The translations under genes and the position numbers were made by a program. Shown piece after piece: positions 20,480 through 28,027 of a stretch of DNA of 64,000 bases. The first letter of the stretch is position 1; every line of letters starts with the position of its first letter. Source of the DNA: Alphaproteobacteria bacterium (GTDB lineage: Bacteria > Pseudomonadota > Alphaproteobacteria > Rs-D84); contig JAFWZK010000014.1 of NCBI GenBank assembly GCA_017522445.1, positions 21,783 to 85,782 of the forward strand, written 5' to 3'. The notes below the pieces were generated by a model. The model was not told where the DNA came from. It made no database searches and saw only the letters and a program-made list of their open reading frames with translations.

Positions 20480-20508
20480 AATATAGTACAAAAACACGCG
20501 TTGTCAAC
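20480..20508 (-). promoter_or_regulatory. Sigma-70-like promoter (TTGACA, 17-nt spacer, TATATT) for the 19861..20439 gene
   Basis: Read on the minus strand this is TTGACAacgcgtgtttttgtacTATATT, about 40 nt upstream of the start codon. Confidence 0.4.
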
Positions 20509-20522
20509 AGATTTGTATAAAA

Positions 20523-20702
20523 TTATCTGGTTTTTTGGATTGCGTGTTGCAGGGTTTCGGTTTTGTTTACCTGCACCAGTTTTTGTTTTTCTGCACCTTT
20601 TTTTATGCTGATTATGACACCGGCAAACAGTGCGGCAAACAACGCCACCTCGCAGATTCCCAGGATTGTATTTTGAAAGATTTCTTTTTTATTTGTTTTC
20701 AT
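20523..20702 (-). CDS. Small single-TM membrane protein
   Basis: The track ORF is trimmed to the internal start MKTNKKEIF because its 5' extension overlaps tRNA-Glu. It has one hydrophobic helix. Confidence 0.35.
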   Translation of the reverse strand: MKTNKKEIFQNTILGICEVALFAALFAGVIISIKKGAEKQKLVQVNKTETLQHAIQKTR

Positions 20703-20727
20703 ATGGCTAGCATTATTATTTTTTTGT

Positions 20728-20802
20728 TGGCACCCCCAACGGGAATCGAACCCGTGTTGCCAGAATGAGAATCTGATGTCCTGACCGCTAGACGATGGGG
20801 GC
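20728..20802 (-). tRNA. tRNA-Glu (anticodon read as CUC)
   Basis: My reverse-complement folds into a cloverleaf: acceptor GCCCCCA/UGGGGGU, D-arm GUCU..GGAC, anticodon stem UCAGA/UCUGG with loop UUCUCAU, and T-arm ACGGG-UUCGAUU-CCCGU. The CCA end is encoded. Confidence 0.8.
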
Positions 20803-20906
20803 ATTTTGATTTGTGTGTGTTCTTAATCATATACGAAAAGTTATATTTTTCAAATGAAACTTTTCCCTTGCGGCAATTTTTTTTATATCCTAGGATTATC
20901 ATCAAG

Positions 20907-21632
20907 ATGGCTGGTTCAATACGCAGATTTTTTACAAATGCAATATGCGGTCTGATATACAATCGTGACACGCGTCGTCGTGTACGTGTTGTGTTAAACT
21001 CGTCAATGATTGATTCTTTGCGTTTTATTCGTAAAAATTTGGGCCGACCGGTACGAAAAATCAAAACATTTGTTGGTTATCAGGCACGAAATTTGTTAAT
21101 CAGTGTAAATGATGAATACATATATAAATTTCCCCTTCGTCGCAGTAATTCACGTGAACTAACACTGCGTGAATCGCGTATTGTTGCCGCGTTGGGGCCA
21201 CTGTCGCCGATATATGTACCACCTGTTGATGTGTATACGCATCGTGGTGTTTTGGTTCGCAGGTATAAATTTATTCGCGGTTATGGATTGCGTCAAATTC
21301 CGTTGGATGTTGCAATGGCAAATATTGATAAATTGGCAAAACAGATTGCATATTTCATGTACAAGATTGGTCGTGCCGACCCGGAAACTATTCGTGATTT
21401 AAAGTCTGATGTGAATGCGAAACCTGGGTATCTGTACGGTTGGTCTCAGGGTGATATTTGTGATAACTTTATTGTTGATATAAATACGATGCAAATCATT
21501 GCGTTTATAGACTGGGAGGATTGCAGGTTTGGCGATTTTTCGGATATATTTATTGGTGACAAAAACAGTCCACATCGTGAATTGATGGCCGCCATACGTG
21601 CGGAATATGACCGGCTGTATTCTGGGCAATAA
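20907..21632 (+). CDS. Kinase-like phosphotransferase (APH/choline-kinase fold)
   Basis: Internal start MAGSIRRFF. It has Brenner-like catalytic-loop and DFG-like motifs (GWSQGDICDNFIV...IAFIDWEDCRFGDFSD). It sits directly 3' of tRNA-Glu. Confidence 0.5.
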   Translation: MAGSIRRFFTNAICGLIYNRDTRRRVRVVLNSSMIDSLRFIRKNLGRPVRKIKTFVGYQARNLLISVNDEYIYKFPLRRSNSRELTLRESRIVAALGPLSPIYVPPVDVYTHRGVLVRRYKFIRGYGLRQIPLDVAMANIDKLAKQIAYFMYKIGRADPETIRDLKSDVNAKPGYLYGWSQGDICDNFIVDINTMQIIAFIDWEDCRFGDFSDIFIGDKNSPHRELMAAIRAEYDRLYSGQ

Positions 21633-21971
21633 ATGCCTGGGTGCGGGCGCACGGGTCCCTTACAACCGTTAAAAACCTTAGAAAACAAACATTTTTCGAT
21701 TTTTAAAACTAATATTTTGCTGGTCTTGATTGACACTTTGCTTTACACACTTGATTATAACACAAATAAATTAAAAGCACAGTATTTTTTATAACCACGT
21801 AACCACATAACCAGAAATAATATTGAAATTATCCCTAAACTGCGATAGAATTAAACCAGAATCCAGTGGGAATTGGATTCGGGACTGTGATAAGTCCAGA
21901 TTACACGGTGCAAATACGCATCGTTATCTTGATATAATGGTGCGTTGCGCCGTTATGTCCCTGACCTTTGT

Positions 21972-22081
21972 GGTCGGGGGGCTGTTGGCTATACAACAGG
22001 GGAAACCTAAAGGCCACGGAATCACTTGTAATCTGATTTATCAACTCCCCGACCGTCTTATTCCCTATGGCGGTCTTTTTT
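21972..22081 (+). promoter_or_regulatory. Conserved structured 5' leader, copy A (candidate riboswitch or attenuator with terminator)
   Basis: The outer helix is GGUCGGGG(21972-79) paired with CCCCGACC(22047-54). The inner helix uggc/gcca encloses the conserved UAUACAACAGGG...AAAG. A terminator hairpin gaccg...cggtc followed by U6 lies at 22051-22081, about 20 nt before the lipoprotein start codon. Confidence 0.55.
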
Positions 22082-22101
22082 ACACTTACAAGGGGATAGA
22101 T

Positions 22102-22542
22102 ATGAAAAAAATCATTTTTATTTTGCCTATAATATTACTGTGTGCATGCCAAACTAAAATATTTTACCCATACGATGGCACAAAAACAATAACTGGCGAT
22201 GGTGGTTTTGTATGGACACATATACCCGCATCCAATTTGGGCAAGCCCATGTTTGGCAAAACGCCAAAATATAAATACGACAGTGTAGCATTTTATGAAT
22301 CTGGACTACCCGCAGGTGCAAAATGTACCTTAGTTGGTTATTATGCAGCATCTGACATAAAACAATTTGCCAGAAAGATGCTTGAAATGGATGCAAATGT
22401 CGCAACCAAATCCCCTGTTATTCTGCCTATCAGCTTTGATAATAATGCTGGCATACTCGGTGGCACACGTGCAGCCAGCGATTGGTATAACGTGGACAAC
22501 ATAAAAGTTGCCACTGGGTTTAATATTTTTGAATGTAAATAA
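22102..22542 (+). CDS. Small lipoprotein or secreted protein
   Basis: The track ORF is trimmed to MKKIIFILPIILLCAC, a lipobox-like signal, with an AGGGGA ribosome-binding site 6 nt upstream. The mature part is Gly/Tyr-rich. Confidence 0.6.
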   Translation: MKKIIFILPIILLCACQTKIFYPYDGTKTITGDGGFVWTHIPASNLGKPMFGKTPKYKYDSVAFYESGLPAGAKCTLVGYYAASDIKQFARKMLEMDANVATKSPVILPISFDNNAGILGGTRAASDWYNVDNIKVATGFNIFECK

Positions 22543-22553
22543 AGGAGTAAAAC

Positions 22554-22736
22554 ATGAAAAAAGAAAACATTGGTGCAGTATTTATGATGTTAGTGTACAT
22601 ACTGGGCTTTTACGGCTATGTAAATAATATTGTTCGCATTTGGGATTGTGATACATCTTCGTGCCGTACAATTCGTGTGATAGGTGCAATAACAACCATT
22701 CCAGGGGCTGTTATGGGCTTTATAGATTTTGATTAA
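22554..22736 (+). CDS. Small membrane protein
   Basis: 60-aa ORF with an AAGGAG ribosome-binding site and one TM helix, 11 nt after the preceding gene. Confidence 0.4.
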   Translation: MKKENIGAVFMMLVYILGFYGYVNNIVRIWDCDTSSCRTIRVIGAITTIPGAVMGFIDFD

Positions 22737-22758
22737 AATAAAACAAAAGGAGCGAAAT

Positions 22759-22959
22759 ATGAAAAAAATGATAATTATCGCAATCATAGCCACTTTTACA
22801 GGTATATCCGATGCAGATGCGGGCTATTACAGAACAAAAAACACCTTTACAGGTGGCTATACATCAACAGGACGTACCAATAATCTGGGTATGCGTCGTG
22901 CACCCGCTGGATATCACACAAATTCGTACGGTATCGTACAGAAAAACAATCCATTTTAA
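22759..22959 (+). CDS. Small secreted Gly/Tyr/Thr-rich protein
   Basis: ATG at 22759 after an AAGGAG ribosome-binding site, with a signal peptide (MKKMIIIAIIATFTGISDA). Confidence 0.45.
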   Translation: MKKMIIIAIIATFTGISDADAGYYRTKNTFTGGYTSTGRTNNLGMRRAPAGYHTNSYGIVQKNNPF

Positions 22960-22962
22960 CAA

Positions 22963-23439
22963 ATGGGGTATAATATGAACAAAGTAAAAAGAATTGCAAC
23001 CATAGCAATTATCTGCATAATAGCATCCGCTATTGGCGTAAGTATTTATAACTACACCCAAAACCAAAAGATAAAAAAACAGCAAGAAGATTGCCAAAAT
23101 TTAGCACACGAATTCTTTATTGATACTTTTGGTACGGCGGACGATATATACGATTATTGCAAAACCACAAAAGAACAAGAACTGTATAAGAAAAACAAAA
23201 AATTATATGGACTTGATGGCGCAACACTAGAAGACCATCAAAAAATATTCGCATTATGCGAATGTGCCACAGCCAATTTATACAAAACCATTATTCAGCC
23301 TTGGTTGGACAAATGTTATGCTAACGATGCGACATGGCTTTTAGAACCAGCAAGAATGAAAACAACCATTCAAAAAGACCATAAAATTAAAAACCTCTTC
23401 ATTGATACCAGTTATGAATTATGTGAAAGATTTAACTAA
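22963..23439 (+). CDS. Membrane-anchored Cys-containing hypothetical protein
   Basis: 158-aa ORF. The alternative start at 22975 (MNKVKRIA) follows a GGGG motif. It has an N-terminal TM segment. Confidence 0.45.
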   Translation: MGYNMNKVKRIATIAIICIIASAIGVSIYNYTQNQKIKKQQEDCQNLAHEFFIDTFGTADDIYDYCKTTKEQELYKKNKKLYGLDGATLEDHQKIFALCECATANLYKTIIQPWLDKCYANDATWLLEPARMKTTIQKDHKIKNLFIDTSYELCERFN

Positions 23440-23454
23440 AAAAGGAACAAACAC

Positions 23455-23571
23455 ATGAAAGCGGTAATTCCTGCACGTGTATCTTCCCGAGAACAAGAAA
23501 TGGAGCAATCTATTGATGCGCAGCTGGAAAACATGAAAAGTATGCCCAGTGCAAAGAATTACCGCTATTAA
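23455..23571 (+). pseudogene. Serine recombinase (resolvase/invertase) N-terminal fragment
   Basis: The 38-codon ORF MKAVIPARVSSREQEMEQSIDAQ... matches the catalytic Y/I-x-A-R-V-S-[ST]-x-x-Q motif of serine recombinases, then terminates. I see no continuation in any frame. Confidence 0.55.
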
Positions 23572-23764
23572 AAACATTTCAGATAATCGAAAGTTCAACA
23601 CGTGGTGAACGCAAAATAATTTACCAATTCCCAAGGTTTATATTTTCTGTATGTATTGAATATCCCGCATTATGCTGCGTTAGTCGTTTCTTTAAATCAT
23701 CGGTTTGCCCGATGTATTTTTGTTCTGGATGGGAAATGCTTTTTATAAGATAGACATAAAACAT

Positions 23765-23902
23765 TTATAAGTCCCCCTTCGTTAAAACTTCGGGCGACAC
23801 TACTTCGCCTATGCTTCTCGGCTTGTGTGGCCTGTATAAGTCCCCCTTCGTTAAAACTTCGGGCGACACTACTTCGCGATAACTGCTCCGCCTGTGTGGC
23901 CT
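23765..23902. repeat. Tandem direct repeat, 2 x 69 nt
   Basis: Units at 23765-23833 and 23834-23902 share an identical 43-nt 5' portion (tataagtcccccttcgttaaaacttcgggcgacactacttcgc) and a conserved 3' end (tgtgtggcctg). Confidence 0.8.
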
Positions 23903-23933
23903 GCCACACGAAGCGTCGCAGACGCGAAGTGTG
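23903..23933 (-). other. Interrupted palindrome abutting and overlapping the tRNA-Gln 3'-CCA
   Basis: The sequence ccacac-gaa-gcgtc-gca-gacgc-gaa-gtgtgg is a perfect two-tier hairpin. Its gtgtgg arm supplies the CCA of tRNA-Gln, and no U-run follows it. Confidence 0.6.
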
Positions 23934-24005
23934 GTTGGGGCGCACGGATTCGAACCATGATAAAGAGAACCAAAATCTCTTGTCCTACCATTAGACGACA
24001 CCCCA
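23931..24005 (-). tRNA. tRNA-Gln (anticodon UUG)
   Basis: The reverse-complement is UGGGGUG...AGAGA-UUUUGGU-UCUCU...CAUGG-UUCGAAU-CCGUG-CGCCCCA-A-CCA, with the same architecture as E. coli tRNA-Gln. Confidence 0.85.
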
Positions 24006-24257
24006 AAAGCAACATTGATTATAATTATCTTTTGTAAATTTGCAATAATAAATTTTTGTTTGATTAAAACCGTGATTGGTTTCTGGTTATGTCGCACAAA
24101 AACGGTGGTCAAAAATCGCCATTGGCATATTCGACAATAAATGCCCTGTTTCCATTAGGTGTTGTAACTTCGTACAATGGCACGTTCAGCCCATCTGACC
24201 AGAAATTGTATGACAACAATTATCAAAAGATGCGAAATCTGTTTAACTAACTATAAA

Positions 24258-24283
24258 AGTGCCACATCCGTGGCATTTTTTTC
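24258..24283 (+). terminator. Orphan intrinsic terminator (gtgccacatccgtggca followed by T7)
   Basis: Good hairpin and U-run inside a 630-nt intergenic region with no protein ORF upstream on this strand. Confidence 0.5.
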
Positions 24284-24507
24284 ATCTCGTGCAAAGAAAT
24301 ATTGATTTTAAGATGTTTTTTTTGTATCATAAACAATGAATCCACAGGTTAGTGGTTTCAGGGTCTTCAAAAACCTGTTAAACAACCGGCATAACAATCA
24401 TTGTTGTGCTGTAATCCGCACAAAAGAAATGGACGCGGATGCGTCTTTTTTTTGTGAAACACCTTTGGCACACCGTGTAATTCTTTTACATGTTTTCCAC
24501 ATTGTGT

Positions 24508-24625
24508 GTCGGGGTGCTGCCGGCTATACCACAGGGGCATGGCCCCAAAGGCCGGCGGGAATCATTGTTGTTTATGGTTTTTTGAACACCCCGACCACCG
24601 TATCTGTATGGTGGTTATTTTATTG
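24508..24625 (+). promoter_or_regulatory. Conserved structured 5' leader, copy B
   Basis: The outer helix is GUCGGGG(24508-14) paired with CCCCGAC(24589-95). The inner helix gccggc/gccggc encloses UAUACCACAGGGG, a ggggcauggcccc hairpin and AAAG. A terminator gaccacc...ggugguu followed by a U-rich run lies at 24593-24625, and the start codon is at 24640. Confidence 0.55.
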
Positions 24626-24639
24626 TCGGGGGGCGATAG

Positions 24640-25527
24640 ATGTTTCGCAGGATTGTTTTTCCTGTTATTTATATGTTGTTGTTTATTTGCACTGCATATG
24701 CACAAATGCAGTGTGATGACAGCAAGTGCTGGCATACATTAAATTTTGGTGAACATTCTGTACGTGCCTATGACAAACGTTCTACAACCCCGTCAATTTG
24801 TATTCAGGACACATCTGGTCAAATCTGGTATGTTAACATGGTTTTGGGGATGTTGCCACAAACACTGCATGCCCAGCAGGGTACAGAAATATATTCCGCA
24901 ACAGATGCACTGTATGAAATTGTTGATGGACGACTGGTATGGGCACATCCTGATATTTATTTGCAAAGCAGTGGCACCCAGTACATAGATACCGGTATTA
25001 CACCATCAGACACACTGGGGTTGCGATTTGATTATCTGCGTGAAAGTGGTACATCAGATCATGTGCTGATTGGGTCGCAATTGGAAATTGGTTCGGCCGT
25101 TCCTGAATATGCCCGCTTTACATTGGGGCAAAGCAACAGCCCATATTATGGATGGAATACGTATCGGCATACTGGGTTAAGTATCACGGAACGTTATTTG
25201 GTCAACTTGAATTACATGAACAGTCGTGAAGTTACGTACAATGGTGCGGTTGTTAAAACGGGGCTGGATACACATCTTGACAATCCGTACTCTATTTATG
25301 TATTCTGCACGAACCGCAAAGGGACGGCATCTGTTTGTTCCAAGATAAAAGTGTATTCTGCGATATTAACGGACGGCGCGGAAACGGTTATGCATTTGGT
25401 TCCTGTGCCATCAGGTCTGCAGATTGGTGATTTTACAGTTCCATCAAACGGCATGTTTGATATTGTTTCTCAGAAATTTTATGGCAATTCTGGCACGGGT
25501 GATTTTGAATTTGGCACAGATTATTAA
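24640..25527 (+). CDS. Secreted hypothetical protein
   Basis: 295 aa with a signal peptide (MFRRIVFPVIYMLLFICTAYA) and no recognisable domain. Its GGGG..GATAGatg start context is shared with the 22102 lipoprotein gene. Confidence 0.6.
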   Translation: MFRRIVFPVIYMLLFICTAYAQMQCDDSKCWHTLNFGEHSVRAYDKRSTTPSICIQDTSGQIWYVNMVLGMLPQTLHAQQGTEIYSATDALYEIVDGRLVWAHPDIYLQSSGTQYIDTGITPSDTLGLRFDYLRESGTSDHVLIGSQLEIGSAVPEYARFTLGQSNSPYYGWNTYRHTGLSITERYLVNLNYMNSREVTYNGAVVKTGLDTHLDNPYSIYVFCTNRKGTASVCSKIKVYSAILTDGAETVMHLVPVPSGLQIGDFTVPSNGMFDIVSQKFYGNSGTGDFEFGTDY

Positions 25528-25628
25528 GAAAGAACAAAAAAACACTTGAAAAAAAATTATTAAAACATATAATAATTACGAAAATTAATAATTTCCAACA
25601 CGCAACCCTATTATAACAGGAGAACACA

Positions 25629-26078
25629 TTGTCACGCAAGGAATTTGTTCGTCTTATGGAAGAAAATATTTGGACACTGGACAAAATCGCAGACAAACTG
25701 CGACTGGACCGTGTTGATACAACTGGATATCCACGTCAGCTGATGTCGATTTTGGTGCGTCTGCACAATGGCGGTCGTGCCCGGCTCAAGGATATTGCCC
25801 GTCGTGAACATGTTTCGGCACCGAATCTGTGTGCGGCATTTCGCAAACTGGAACGTGATGGTATGGTTGTTCGCACCATTGACGAAGACGATCGCCGTAA
25901 CACATGGTACTGTGTATCGGAACGTGGTTCTGAATTGGCGGTTGTTGCGATGGACCTGTTTCGCAGCGGTATTGAACGTGTTTTTGCAAACGAGTCCCGT
26001 GAAGACGAAGCACGTCTGACTGATGCCCTGCGTACAATGCATGACGTATTAAAAAAGGTGGAGTTAAATAATGATTAA
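25629..26078 (+). CDS. MarR-family transcriptional regulator
   Basis: TTG start after an AGGAG ribosome-binding site. It has a winged-helix region (...LCAAFRKLERDGMVVRTIDEDDRRN...) and overlaps the next gene by 8 nt. Confidence 0.7.
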   Translation: MSRKEFVRLMEENIWTLDKIADKLRLDRVDTTGYPRQLMSILVRLHNGGRARLKDIARREHVSAPNLCAAFRKLERDGMVVRTIDEDDRRNTWYCVSERGSELAVVAMDLFRSGIERVFANESREDEARLTDALRTMHDVLKKVELNND

Positions 26079-27402
26079 TCGTATCTGCACAGTGCCATTA
26101 CTTGTGGCATTGTTCGCCGGTGTTTCGATGCCGGCTTATTCTTTGGACTTGTCTTTATCAGATGCACTCGGCATGATAGAACGTGAATCACACGATATTA
26201 AAAAGGCAAATGCCAACCTGGCCCGTGCCCAGGCATCATTGGATGCGGCCAATGCAAATCGTTGGTTTAAATTAGATGGTTCTATGTCATACATGAACAT
26301 GGTGAATATTAAAAATCCAACAGAATCGCAAAAGATTGAATTGCCACCTGAAATGGGTGGTCTGATTTCTGAATCATTAAAAGACCAATCTGTTGCTATT
26401 GAAATCCCAGATAATATTTTACAGGCGGGCTTGACCCTGACCCAGCCGATTTACACATTTGGTAAAATTGGCAATGCGGTCAAATCTGTTAAATCTGCAA
26501 TCAAGATGGCGGAAAGTTCCAGTGAATTGACCCGCCGCCAGGTACGTTATGCTGCGGCTGATTTGTATTGGACGGCCCGCATGACAGATGACATTGTAAA
26601 ATTGGCAGAAAACGATTTGAAAAATGCCCGTGATGCCCGGCGTAAATTAACATCTGCGGGCCGTGCCCATCGCAGCAATTTGCTAAAGATTGAATCAGAC
26701 ATTGCATCCAAAGAAATAAATGTATCTGATGCATACTTTAATCGTGACACCGCCCATCGCATGTTAAAAATAATGGCGGGGATAGATGTGGACGAAGAAC
26801 TGACATTGACGGACAGTTTTCCATCTAAATTTGGGCCATTAAATGCGGGTGAATTGCAGACAACACCCCAATGGGACATACTGTCAGAACAGGTAAACAT
26901 GTACGAACGTCTGGCCCGCAGTCAACGTGCCAACGGATATCCGACATTGGCGGCCACTGCATCGTATTCATATTCGACAATGGCGGGCGACATTGGTCAT
27001 TTGTTTGATAAATCCGGGGGCCAGTCAACATATTGGGGATTAGCATTGCAGATGCCGATTTTCAGTGGTGGTCTGAACCGTGCCAACGCCACGATAGAGG
27101 CAATGAATGCCGCCGCCGCCCGTGAAGACCTGGCCCAGGCCAAGAAGATGATTACCGAAGAATATAACACTGCGGTCCAGCGTTATGAACATCTGCGTGG
27201 CAATTTATCGACATTGCAAAACGCACGTGATTTGGCGGCCAAGACATATACTTTGTCCCAGAATCGATTTGCATCTGGCCAGACATCTGCGGTTGAATTG
27301 GCGGATGTGTCTGCTGGCTTGTATCAGTTGGATTTGGCATTGTTAAACACGCGATACAATATTTTAATGTCTGCAGAAACGGTAAAAAAATTGGGGGAAT
27401 AA
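26071..27402 (+). CDS. TolC-like outer-membrane efflux protein
   Basis: 443 aa with a signal peptide and the tandem-repeat architecture of the outer-membrane factor family. It is the first structural gene of the efflux operon. Confidence 0.7.
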   Translation: MINRICTVPLLVALFAGVSMPAYSLDLSLSDALGMIERESHDIKKANANLARAQASLDAANANRWFKLDGSMSYMNMVNIKNPTESQKIELPPEMGGLISESLKDQSVAIEIPDNILQAGLTLTQPIYTFGKIGNAVKSVKSAIKMAESSSELTRRQVRYAAADLYWTARMTDDIVKLAENDLKNARDARRKLTSAGRAHRSNLLKIESDIASKEINVSDAYFNRDTAHRMLKIMAGIDVDEELTLTDSFPSKFGPLNAGELQTTPQWDILSEQVNMYERLARSQRANGYPTLAATASYSYSTMAGDIGHLFDKSGGQSTYWGLALQMPIFSGGLNRANATIEAMNAAAAREDLAQAKKMITEEYNTAVQRYEHLRGNLSTLQNARDLAAKTYTLSQNRFASGQTSAVELADVSAGLYQLDLALLNTRYNILMSAETVKKLGE

Positions 27403-27406
27403 GAAA

Positions 27407-27994
27407 ATGCAAAAGATTAAGAAAACAAAATTAAAACATATTTTATACGTTGCGCTGGTTGTGCTGATGGCGGGGTGGGTTGTGTTCCGCTTTGCGGCGG
27501 TTGCGTCTGAAAATGCCCGTTATGTATTTAATGCGGCCCGTGTCGCTGCGGATTCAGGTGCACCAATTCAGACCCTGGATGTTGCAACGAAATCAGGTAC
27601 ATTGTATTTACCACTGTCGGTTCAGAACAATCGCGCATACGTATCTGGCGATGTTGCTGCCAATCTGAAGGCGGGCCAGCGTATTGGCGATGGCCAGATT
27701 GTATCTGTATCACGTAAATTGGATTTAGATACTGGCCGTTTTGTTGTTCGTACATCTGGTGTATCTGACGGTTTGCAATTTGCCCAGTTTACGACCACGG
27801 GACATTTTATTCCGCTGTATGCGATAAATAATGGCACTGTTATGGTTGCCCAAGATGGCGTTGCGGTTTCTCGTGACATAACTGTTGCCCGCCAAGATGC
27901 AGAAAATGCCTATGTATCATCTGGGTTAAATGATGGTGATGTTGTTATATTGTCATCTGTATCTGCCGGAACCAAGGTTCGTGTGGTTGAATAA
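27407..27994 (+). CDS. Short periplasmic adaptor (membrane-fusion-protein-like), 195 aa
   Basis: N-terminal TM anchor followed by beta-rich domains. It is unusually short for an HlyD/AcrA-type adaptor and sits between the outer-membrane factor and the RND pump. Confidence 0.5.
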   Translation: MQKIKKTKLKHILYVALVVLMAGWVVFRFAAVASENARYVFNAARVAADSGAPIQTLDVATKSGTLYLPLSVQNNRAYVSGDVAANLKAGQRIGDGQIVSVSRKLDLDTGRFVVRTSGVSDGLQFAQFTTTGHFIPLYAINNGTVMVAQDGVAVSRDITVARQDAENAYVSSGLNDGDVVILSSVSAGTKVRVVE

Positions 27995-28027
27995 GTGCAT
28001 GTATGAAAAAATAAAAGGGGACATAAT

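Noticed and set aside
20703-20804. N-terminal part of the ORF 20523..20804
   Set aside because: It overlaps tRNA-Glu on the same strand. The ORF is trimmed to the internal ATG at 20700-20702.
21972-22081. Leader motif as a c-di-GMP-I (GEMM) riboswitch
   Set aside because: Only the short ACAGGGNAAACC / AAAGSC strings resemble GEMM. The two long GEMM hairpins with a tetraloop and receptor are absent, so a GEMM assignment is not supportable.
21972-22081. Leader motif as a MITE or RPE-like selfish repeat (inverted 8-bp ends GGTCGGGG/CCCCGACC)
   Set aside because: This is not fully excluded. Three points argue for a cis-regulatory RNA instead: the copies covary in their helices rather than being near-identical, all three are sense-oriented at a fixed distance before a start codon, and each carries an intrinsic terminator. 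The alternative is kept as the refutation test in the finding.
21823-22101. 5' extension of the ORF-track entry 21823..22542 (MKLSLNCDRIK...)
   Set aside because: It overlaps the conserved leader and its terminator. The strong AGGGGA ribosome-binding site and lipoprotein signal begin at 22102, so the upstream part is non-coding.
23765-23902. CRISPR array
   Set aside because: There are only two direct repeats, with no spacers of unique sequence and no cas genes. This is a simple tandem duplication.
23697-24112. ORFs 23697..23945 and 23765..24112 (minus strand)
   Set aside because: They are translations of the 69-nt tandem repeats and of tRNA-Gln, so they are not coding.
24120-24250. 41-codon ORF preceding the orphan terminator
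   Set aside because: The ORF would include the terminator hairpin itself and has no ribosome-binding site. An sRNA interpretation is preferred.
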